Shown: positions 24,831 through 31,565 of the stretch, in pieces | Layout of the letters: each line of letters begins with the position of its first letter | How positions within the stretch are numbered: position 1 is the stretch's first letter | Made by a program: the position numbers and the translations under genes | Notes under the pieces: generated by a model | Database searches by the model: none | What the model saw: only the letters and a program-made list of their open reading frames with translations | What the model was told of the DNA's origin: nothing | Origin: a virus | IMG/VR virus record: IMGVR_UViG_3300028888_000358 | Reading direction: 5' to 3' (one strand) | DNA: 32,736 nt

Positions 24831-24905
24831 ACCCTTGAAATTTTAATGAACGTTAAATAATCAAACATTTCTCCGATTATGTTTTACATTTTCGGAACAT
24901 TGCCC

Positions 24906-24913
24906 TAATTTTG
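24906..24913 (+). promoter_or_regulatory. Candidate Bacteroidetes -7 promoter box TAATTTTG for the rightward early operon
   Basis: Exact match to the TAnnTTTG consensus, 84 nt upstream of ATG 24997. I saw no equally good box on the minus strand. Confidence 0.35.
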
Positions 24914-24996
24914 CAACGATTTCAAAAGACATATCAAATGATAAACCTTTTGAATAAGATTGCAAATATAGAAATAAGTTTAATTAGAGAAAAGAA

Positions 24997-25197
24997 ATGA
25001 GCGAAATTTTAACACTGAAACAACAGCGAGACAAGGCTGTGTTCGAGGAGTATACCAAGCTCATCGAGGAGGGACACCCCCGCACTGGTGTAGTGCAGCG
25101 ACTGATGCACAAGCACAAGATATATTCTCCGACGACCATCTACAGGATCGTCAAGCGTGAGTCAGCGAGAAAGGAGGCCAGTCATGAAAGCATTTAA
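24997..25197 (+). CDS. Small HTH protein in the Cro position
   Basis: 66 aa, divergent from cI. GVVQRLMHKHKIYSPTTIYRIVKR is HTH-like. Confidence 0.6.
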   Translation: MSEILTLKQQRDKAVFEEYTKLIEEGHPRTGVVQRLMHKHKIYSPTTIYRIVKRESARKEASHESI

Positions 25198-25375
25198 GCG
25201 TTATATGGCTCTGGCCCTCGTGTTCGCCCTGCTCGTCGCAGGCAGCATCCTGTTGATGGTTGAGTTCGACACCGTCAAGGCCACATGGCTGAGCTGCGTT
25301 GGAGCGTTCCTGTGCTTCGGTATCGCCCTCATCCTGGGTTATATCTTTGACCGCAAAAAACTATTGCCGGAATGA
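25184..25375 (+). CDS. Small two-TM membrane protein
   Basis: ATG 25184 is preceded by AAGGAGG (25171-77). It has two hydrophobic helices. The ORF-track start at 25157 is a GTG. Confidence 0.55.
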   Translation: MKAFKRYMALALVFALLVAGSILLMVEFDTVKATWLSCVGAFLCFGIALILGYIFDRKKLLPE

Positions 25376-25659
25376 CTACCCTTGATGACATAGCAAAGCG
25401 CCTTGACAGGCTTGAGGGCATGGTGGCCCTGTCGGCAAAGGTCGTGCTCGACATCAAGGACGTGGCAGAAATCACCGGCTATTCGGTCAAGTACCTGCGC
25501 CAGCTGATCGCAAGACGGGACATTCCCCACTACCGACGCGGCAACCGTCTGTACTTCAACCGCGACGAGATTGAGGACTGGATGATGGGGGAACGCATCC
25601 CAACCAATGAAGAGATGAACATCCAAGCGATGGGTTATCTAAGTAAAACAAACCGTTAG
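25372..25659 (+). CDS. Excisionase-family (HTH_17 / MerR-like) DNA-binding protein
   Basis: VLDIKDVAEITGYSVKYLRQLIARRDIPHYRRGNRLYFNRDEIEDWM matches the HTH_17 excisionase-type pattern. ATGA overlap with the upstream gene. Confidence 0.7.
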   Translation: MTTLDDIAKRLDRLEGMVALSAKVVLDIKDVAEITGYSVKYLRQLIARRDIPHYRRGNRLYFNRDEIEDWMMGERIPTNEEMNIQAMGYLSKTNR

Positions 25660-25809
25660 GCTTCCCGCGATGGGGGCTTCCGCAGTAGTTCAAGAGCAGA
25701 ACACCCGGCAACGGGAAGATGGCGAGTGCGAATCCACCCTGCGGGCCGAGGCAACGACCGAGCCGAGAGGTCAATAATAATTAATTCATCAATAATTCAA
25801 TAATTCAAC

Positions 25810-27474
25810 ATGGAACAGACAATTCAGAACATTTCCCTGCTTAAAATCGGGCCATCCCCTCTCAACCCGAGGAAGACCTTCGACCAGGCAGGTATTGAAG
25901 AGCTGGCCGAAAGCATCAGGCTGCAAGGCTTGTTGCAGCCCATCACCGTGAGACCGGTGTACACCGATGTACTTGACGGGGCGACCAGCGAGGTGCTGAG
26001 TACCGTCACGAGCTATGAAATCGTATGCGGTGAGCGACGCTACCGCGCCGTGGCACTCATCGGCAGCGAGACCATCCCCTGTATCGTGCGAGAGATGACC
26101 GACGAGGAAGCCTTCGACGCGATGATCACCGAGAACCTGCAGCGCAAGGATGTAGACCCGATAGAAGAGGCATTCGCCTTCGCCCAGCTCTACGAGAGGG
26201 GCAAGAGCGTCGAGGAAATCGCCGCACGCTTCGGCAAGTCGCTTAAGTTCATCCGTGAGCGCATCAAGTTGTATGGCCTGTTGCCCGAGATGAAGCAGTG
26301 GGTGAGCAAGGGCCTGATGCAGATCGGCGCGGCTATCCATGTCGCCAAGCTGACCGAGGAAGACCAGAAAAAGTTCCTGGAGCAGTTCGAGCCCGGCGAG
26401 GATGAGGACATGGAAGACCTCGACCCCATCACCAAGAACGATGCCGAGAGTTTTACCGACAACCTGTTCAAGCGCATCAGTTCGGCAGACTGGGACAAAG
26501 ACTTCGCTGGCTCGTGCCTATACACCTGCGACAAGTGCCCGTTCAACAGCGCCAACGAGGGCTGCCTGTTCAACGACATGAAGGTCAAACAGGAGGATGC
26601 ATGCTGCACCAACCGCGTGAGGTGGAACGCCAAGCGGATGGACTGGTGGAAGCACATCATCGACAAGCACAGCGATAAACTCGTCAAGAAGGACGAGGTG
26701 CCCAGCTTCGGCAAGATGGTGCTTGCCCATAGCGACAACTACTACGGCAATACCGACACCACCAAGGAACTGAAGCAGTACTGCATCGACCAGGGCTATC
26801 TGATCGTGGACGCGGCCAACTACTTCGAGCGTTGGCAGAACCTGAAACTTGATGCAGAAGACACCAAGAAGAAACTTGCCAATGGCGATGCCTACATGGT
26901 GCTGCTCATTGACTATGACTACCGTGGTGCCCGTGTTGACGTGAAGTGCTTCCCTTTACGCAAGGCAGAGGAAAAGGACAATGCCGAGGCCGCCAAGGTC
27001 GCCCAGCTGGTGCGAGACTACAACACCAACATTGATAAGAACAAGGGCGACATCGCCAATGAGATGAGGAATGCCGTTGCCGATTTCGACCTCAACACCA
27101 TCTCCTGGAAACCATTGACCGATGTGGAGTGGGAAATCTTCTTGACGCTGCTCCTCAACTCAGCCCCCTGCAACGTAAGATGTGACATCACCGGCCGTGC
27201 CAACGGCGAGGCTGAATATGCAAAGGCCCACAACACCGGCGAGGGCCGTGAAGAAATTATCCGCAAGTGGTTGCGCGGCAAGTTGAGCGACAGCGGTGTC
27301 ACCTACTACCCGACCCTGCAGCAATGCCAGGCGCGGCTTGTCGAGGTGTGGGGTATTGATGACGGCGAGGTGCGCGGCCGTGCTGCTGCCAAGCTGCGTA
27401 AGAAACAGGAGAAGATAGAGAAGACGCTGACTTCACTGGGATACGATACCGAGGGCAAGAAACTCGAATTTTGA
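25810..27474 (+). CDS. ParB/Srx N-terminal domain protein with a central Cys cluster
   Basis: LNPRKTF...IEELAESIRLQGLLQPITVRP...YEIVCGERRYRA...ENLQRKDV are ParB-like nuclease-domain motifs. The Cys cluster is GSCLYTCDKCPFNSANEGC...ACC. Confidence 0.75.
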   Translation: MEQTIQNISLLKIGPSPLNPRKTFDQAGIEELAESIRLQGLLQPITVRPVYTDVLDGATSEVLSTVTSYEIVCGERRYRAVALIGSETIPCIVREMTDEEAFDAMITENLQRKDVDPIEEAFAFAQLYERGKSVEEIAARFGKSLKFIRERIKLYGLLPEMKQWVSKGLMQIGAAIHVAKLTEEDQKKFLEQFEPGEDEDMEDLDPITKNDAESFTDNLFKRISSADWDKDFAGSCLYTCDKCPFNSANEGCLFNDMKVKQEDACCTNRVRWNAKRMDWWKHIIDKHSDKLVKKDEVPSFGKMVLAHSDNYYGNTDTTKELKQYCIDQGYLIVDAANYFERWQNLKLDAEDTKKKLANGDAYMVLLIDYDYRGARVDVKCFPLRKAEEKDNAEAAKVAQLVRDYNTNIDKNKGDIANEMRNAVADFDLNTISWKPLTDVEWEIFLTLLLNSAPCNVRCDITGRANGEAEYAKAHNTGEGREEIIRKWLRGKLSDSGVTYYPTLQQCQARLVEVWGIDDGEVRGRAAAKLRKKQEKIEKTLTSLGYDTEGKKLEF

Positions 27475-27512
27475 AGCAATGAATATCATGAGCAAGAACA
27501 TCATGAATTAGC

Positions 27513-27668
27513 ATGATCGAGATTAGCAACAGCCAGCGTGACCAGGCGGTGAGATTACTGCGCTATCTTACCCATACGTCCAGCAACGACGATAGCCTCA
27601 AGGCGGTGAATGCCCGCCGTCTGGCCACAAGGCTTGCTAATCAGTTAGAGAGAAAGGAGAAGAAATGA
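27513..27668 (+). CDS. Small hypothetical protein (51 aa)
   Basis: It is below the ORF-track cutoff. It ends in an ATGA overlap with the replication gene start. The sequence is helical and basic. Confidence 0.4.
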   Translation: MIEISNSQRDQAVRLLRYLTHTSSNDDSLKAVNARRLATRLANQLERKEKK

Positions 27669-28444
27669 ACGGTTGGATCAAGATACATCGCAGCATGCTG
27701 GAGTGGGAACACTTCCACGAGCCAAGTGTGGTAACGGTATTCCTCGCACTGCTGATTCTTGCTGACAAAGGCAAGACTGAAATCGGCCTCGATGGTCTTG
27801 TATCAGTGACAGGATTATCAAAGAACACCATCCGTACAGCACTGGCAAAGTTGGTCAAGAGTGGTGAGATATCCAGGCAGACCGAAAAGGGTCAACGAAC
27901 AATCACGACTATTACCAACTGGAATGAATACCAAGTATGTCAAAAATTGACACACTCAACCGAAGACAGTGTATCAAAAATTGATACACCAGTATGTCAA
28001 AAATTGACACAGGGTATATCAGAAAATGATACACCAGCGTATCAAAAATTGGCCCAAAGTATATCAAAAATTGATACACTTTATAAGAATAAGAATAATA
28101 ACAAGAATAATATCTCAACGGCGCGCGCGCGTATGCGCGAGGAAGTGATGACCGACATGATGGTCGAGGCTGGATGCCGGAGCGTCGGCATAACACCCGA
28201 GCAATACACCCTCATCGCAGATGAAATCTTCAACGACTGGGAGTTCCAGGACCTACCCGACAACGAATGGACAAAGTCACATTTCCTTGCAGTAATGAGA
28301 ATCAAAGCAAACATCAAACGCAATGGACAAAATCAACAAACTGGTAACCCAGGCGACTCAAGAGCTAAGCTCGACCAGGATGCCGTCAAAGCGATGGCCT
28401 CACTTGCAACAGAAAGCAGACGCCCTGCAGACGTGCCATTCTAA
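27665..28444 (+). CDS. Replication initiator / replisome organiser with an N-terminal winged HTH; the gene contains the iteron origin
   Basis: N-terminus WIKIHRSMLEWEHF...LSKNTIRTALAKLVKSGEI is wHTH-like. The central linker is encoded by six palindromic iterons. This mirrors the lambda O gene with its internal ori. Confidence 0.65.
   Translation: MNGWIKIHRSMLEWEHFHEPSVVTVFLALLILADKGKTEIGLDGLVSVTGLSKNTIRTALAKLVKSGEISRQTEKGQRTITTITNWNEYQVCQKLTHSTEDSVSKIDTPVCQKLTQGISENDTPAYQKLAQSISKIDTLYKNKNNNKNNISTARARMREEVMTDMMVEAGCRSVGITPEQYTLIADEIFNDWEFQDLPDNEWTKSHFLAVMRIKANIKRNGQNQQTGNPGDSRAKLDQDAVKAMASLATESRRPADVPF
27935..28079. repeat. Six iterons (T[G/A]TCAA-AAA-TTGA[C/T]A palindromes): candidate replication origin
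   Basis: Sites start at 27935, 27969, 27992, 28014, 28037 and 28059, mostly spaced 22-23 bp apart. An AT-rich tract follows at 28080-28118. Confidence 0.8.
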
Positions 28445-28946
28445 TCTCAACGACTTCTGCCTGACCTACAACCCGTCATTACAGAAGGCAGTTGCTGAGA
28501 ACGAGGACAGGGCCATCATGGGCAAAGGTCCGATGCTGTGTGTTATCGACGCGGCCTACGGTGAAGGGAGCGCAGCACAATGGCTCATCCCGCAACTGCA
28601 CGACCTGTGCGCGGCTGTTGGCGCAAAGACCAAGCTGGACGATAACCAGTTCAAGCAACTGGCGACGATGATCCGCGACGAGTTCGGCTACTTGAAGGCC
28701 ACCGAGGTAATGCTGTTCCTGTGGAGGTTGAAGGCTGGCAAGTACGGCGAGTTCTACGGCAGCGTGGACATCCAGCGCGTCATGCGTGCCTTGCGTGGGA
28801 AGTTCAGCGACGAGCGTGTCAAGGTGATAGAAAGGCATGAGGAGGAGCGACAGGACCGGGAACGGATTGAGAGAGCCAAGACAGCCCTCAAGCCACACGA
28901 GATTGAACAGCTGCGTTTGCGGCTGGAGCAAGAAGGAAAGATTTAA
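28380..28946 (+). CDS. Conserved hypothetical early protein (start uncertain)
   Basis: The frame is open from 28323. Candidate ATGs are at 28323, 28380 and 28518. ATEVMLFLWRLKAGKYGEFYGSVD looks like a family common in Bacteroidales prophages (recollection). Confidence 0.5.
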   Translation: MPSKRWPHLQQKADALQTCHSNLNDFCLTYNPSLQKAVAENEDRAIMGKGPMLCVIDAAYGEGSAAQWLIPQLHDLCAAVGAKTKLDDNQFKQLATMIRDEFGYLKATEVMLFLWRLKAGKYGEFYGSVDIQRVMRALRGKFSDERVKVIERHEEERQDRERIERAKTALKPHEIEQLRLRLEQEGKI

Positions 28947-28968
28947 GAACCGATAATAAACAACAATC

Positions 28969-29253
28969 ATGACTACGACAATGACAATCACGCTGCTGAT
29001 CATCGCAGCATCAAGCATCGCCCTGAACGTGTTCCAGTTCATGGAGCGCATGACGGAGCGCAAAGAGACGAACAAACTGGTGGCAGACGCGGCCCTACTG
29101 GAGAACAAGTATGACAAGCTGACCAAGGTCTATAACAACGAGAAACTGCACCGTGAATGGGCCGTGGGCAGAATCCAAGACCAACAGGCGATGATTGATC
29201 GCCTATCAAGCCTTACAAAGAAACCGAGGACAACCAAGAAATCGAGACAATAA
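28969..29253 (+). CDS. Small membrane-anchored coiled-coil protein
   Basis: N-terminal TM helix ITLLIIAASSIALNVF followed by a charged helical region. Confidence 0.55.
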   Translation: MTTTMTITLLIIAASSIALNVFQFMERMTERKETNKLVADAALLENKYDKLTKVYNNEKLHREWAVGRIQDQQAMIDRLSSLTKKPRTTKKSRQ

Positions 29254-29361
29254 AGTTAGTTTTTTCATAGACGTTCACCTGCCGCCAAGTCGTAACGGGG
29301 TTACGCCAAAGGCACCGAAAGAAACTGGCGGTTTTTACAAACAAATTAAAATCTCAAAAAT

Positions 29362-30129
29362 ATGAAGAAGATGATTTTCGCAGCCATGATGCTGCTGGTA
29401 GCAACGAGTGTTAATGCAGAGAACTGGTTCAACTTTTCGGAGTGCGTGAACGACACCCTCCGCATCCGTCCCAACAGGCTCGGCGGCTATGCCACCTACA
29501 CCGTGGATATGCAGTTGGATGCCTACTGCGACTTTTTCAGGGTCGGCTTTGTCTGGCCATGTGGATTGAGGCCCAAGATGATGTACCAGCAGCGAGGCAT
29601 CGAGGCTGGGTGCGGACTGAGTGTCTGCTACCTCAACAGGGACGGAATGTTCGATTGCTATACTCCCAACCTCAACGTGGGAGAGTATTATGAGAGCGTT
29701 TCCAGCAGCATCGCCATAGACGGCTACTATGACTATAACTGCGATAACCAGTACGAGCCTTATGGCACCGTGAAGTGGGAACCGGGCATTCACTATTGCG
29801 TGATGAAAATCAACCTATGGATAGAGGATTGTTTCCGCAAGGGTCACGTTGTCTTCGATGCCCAGTTCAATAGCGGGAGCGACAAGCGTGGTGCCATCCT
29901 GTCAAACGTCTATTCCTATAAGCAGGTACTTGTGTATGTCGGCTATCTCAAGGGAGATGTCAACGGAGACGAGCGGCACACGATCGCCGACGTCACGTTC
30001 CTGATTGACTACTTATTGAATGGCTTTGGCGACGATGAATTTGCGTATGAGGCCAGCGATATGGACGGCAACGGCAACGTCACCATCAACGATGTGGCAG
30101 TCCTGATCAACAAGATGCTGAATAAATAA
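29362..30129 (+). CDS. Secreted Cys-rich protein with a C-terminal type I dockerin-like domain (moron)
   Basis: Signal peptide MKKMIFAAMMLLVATSVNA. The C-terminus has two calcium-loop/helix repeats, GDVNGDERHTIADVTFLIDYLL and DMDGNGNVTINDVAVLINKML. Confidence 0.7.
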   Translation: MKKMIFAAMMLLVATSVNAENWFNFSECVNDTLRIRPNRLGGYATYTVDMQLDAYCDFFRVGFVWPCGLRPKMMYQQRGIEAGCGLSVCYLNRDGMFDCYTPNLNVGEYYESVSSSIAIDGYYDYNCDNQYEPYGTVKWEPGIHYCVMKINLWIEDCFRKGHVVFDAQFNSGSDKRGAILSNVYSYKQVLVYVGYLKGDVNGDERHTIADVTFLIDYLLNGFGDDEFAYEASDMDGNGNVTINDVAVLINKMLNK

Positions 30130-30242
30130 CAAATGGAGGGGAGAAAGGATAATTGCCGAGAGGCAGCCAACAAAGTGTTTCTTTTTCATATTCATTCATA
30201 ATGTTTTAGGTTTTCATTGATTTGATGTTAATGTTCAGTATG

Positions 30243-30267
30243 GGTGGTTCGATTCCACCACTCCCCG
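30243..30267 (+). other. tRNA 3'-half-like fragment (T-arm plus acceptor 3' strand)
   Basis: GGTGG-TTCGATT-CCACC followed by ACTCCCC and G. No D-arm or anticodon arm lies upstream. The only candidate 5' partner is GGGGAGA at 30138-30144. Confidence 0.5.
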
Positions 30268-30420
30268 CAAGCTGAGTAAGTAATTTTTTCATAAGCTAAG
30301 ATTGATTAAAAGTTAATAAAAGTGCAGCCCCAATTTCGTATGGATACGAGAGAAAGGCGAGAGGTAATAATTAGTAATCACATCACATCACACCGTCCTG
30401 TCGTGAGACACGGCGGTAAC

Positions 30421-30493
30421 GGGGAATTAGCTCAGTTGGTAGAGCGGCTGCATCGCACGCAGCAGGTCAGCGGTTCGATTCCGCTATTCTCCA
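30421..30493 (+). tRNA. tRNA-Ala (anticodon CGC)
   Basis: Hand-folded cloverleaf: acceptor GGGGAAT/ATTCTCC with G3:U70, D-arm GCTC-AGTTGGTA-GAGC, anticodon arm GCTGC-ATCGCAC-GCAGC, variable loop AGGTC, T-arm AGCGG-TTCGATT-CCGCT, discriminator A. Confidence 0.9.
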
Positions 30494-30537
30494 CAAGTTT
30501 TAGATAGTTTATTTTAATCACTAAAAACAAAACAATT

Positions 30538-30834
30538 ATGAACACCGAATTATTGAACAAAAGAATCATTGCACGCATTGAACGTGCAGGTGTGTTCCAC
30601 GGAACTCTTGACCACATTGACAACGAGATTATGCGTCTCAAGGATGCCCGCCGCATCTATTATTGGAATGGCGCATTGTCAGTAACCGACATCGCAGCAA
30701 AGGGTATCACTGGCGGAAAAGTTACCATTCCTGTCACCACCGTCGAGTTCATGAGCGACAATGTTGTTGAACTCAACGAGTGCAGCGAGGAAGCATCCAA
30801 GTCAATCGAAGCAATCAAGCCATGGAAGAACTGA
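30538..30834 (+). CDS. Small conserved phage protein (ARRIYYWNGA motif)
   Basis: 98 aa. AGVFHGTL...LKDARRIYYWNGALSVTDIAAKG resembles a small phage family of unknown function (recollection). Confidence 0.6.
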   Translation: MNTELLNKRIIARIERAGVFHGTLDHIDNEIMRLKDARRIYYWNGALSVTDIAAKGITGGKVTIPVTTVEFMSDNVVELNECSEEASKSIEAIKPWKN

Positions 30835-31565
30835 TTAAGTCATTCCTTACAATCGGCTATGGCGATGGCTATGGCGATGGCTCTGGCTATGGCTCTGGCT
30901 ATGGCTCTGGCTATGGCGATGGCGATGGCTATGGCGATGGCGATGGCTATGGCGATGGCGATGGCTATGGCTATGGCGATGGCTATGGCTATGGCGATGG
31001 CTATGGCGATGGCTATGGCTCTGGCGATGGCTCTGGCTCTGGCTATGGCTCTGGCTATGGCGATGGCTATGGCGATGGCTATGGCTATGGCTCTTTATTA
31101 TCGATCAAGAAAGTCGGCGACGATAACATCTACAACATTGACGATGTACCAACCGCCATTGACAACATCAAGGGCAACGTCGCTCAGGGCCGCATCTTGA
31201 AAGCAGACATGACCTGGGAACCGTGCTACATTGTCCGCATCGGCGACAGCTTTGCTCACGGAGAGACCATCCACGATGCCCAGCGTGATGCGATTCAGAA
31301 GCACATGACGTCTGTTCCCATCGAGGAGCGGCTACAGATGTTCAAAGACCGTTTCCCTGACTTCGACGAGCCAGTTCCGGCCAAAGACCTTTTCGATTGG
31401 CACAACACCCTCACAGGCTCATGCCTGGTGGGGCGCAGACAATGGTGTCGTGACCACGGCATCGACGTTGAACATGACACTTATTCCCCTCTCCGATTCA
31501 TCGAGCTGACGCAAGACAGCTATGGCGGCGAGACAATCAAGAAACTGGTTGAACTATACAAATAA
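30822..31565 (+). CDS. Protein with an 80-aa Gly-Tyr-Asp/Ser low-complexity repeat and a globular C-terminal domain of unknown function
   Basis: ATG 30822 overlaps the upstream stop by 13 nt. The protein starts MEELIKSFLTI, continues with (GY/GD/GS)x40, and ends in a ~155-aa non-repetitive domain (CYIVRIGDSFAHGETIHDAQRDA...WHNTLTGSCLVGRRQWCRDHGID). Confidence 0.7.
   Translation: MEELIKSFLTIGYGDGYGDGSGYGSGYGSGYGDGDGYGDGDGYGDGDGYGYGDGYGYGDGYGDGYGSGDGSGSGYGSGYGDGYGDGYGYGSLLSIKKVGDDNIYNIDDVPTAIDNIKGNVAQGRILKADMTWEPCYIVRIGDSFAHGETIHDAQRDAIQKHMTSVPIEERLQMFKDRFPDFDEPVPAKDLFDWHNTLTGSCLVGRRQWCRDHGIDVEHDTYSPLRFIELTQDSYGGETIKKLVELYK
30855..31094 (+). repeat. 40 tandem hexamers built from GGCTAT, GGCGAT and GGCTCT
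   Basis: Read directly. Every unit is GGC plus TAT, GAT or TCT. All three forward frames are open across it. Confidence 0.95.

Noticed and set aside
27935-28079. CRISPR-like array (regularly spaced palindromic repeats)
   Set aside because: The spacing is only 22-34 bp start to start, with almost no spacer sequence. The repeats lie inside a CDS, and there are no cas genes. Iterons of a replication origin explain the pattern better.
29254-29361. Confident terminator or promoter call between the early operon and the dockerin gene
   Set aside because: Hairpins exist (CGTAAC-GGG-GTTACG, and CCGCCA...TGGCGG plus a T5 run). However, the outer stem encloses a ~40-nt loop and I found no exact TAnnTTTG box. 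It is mentioned in a finding only.
30859-31200. ORF encoding MAMAMAMAL... (113 aa)
   Set aside because: It is an alternative frame of the GGC-NNT hexamer array. It is open only because the repeat lacks stops in all forward frames.
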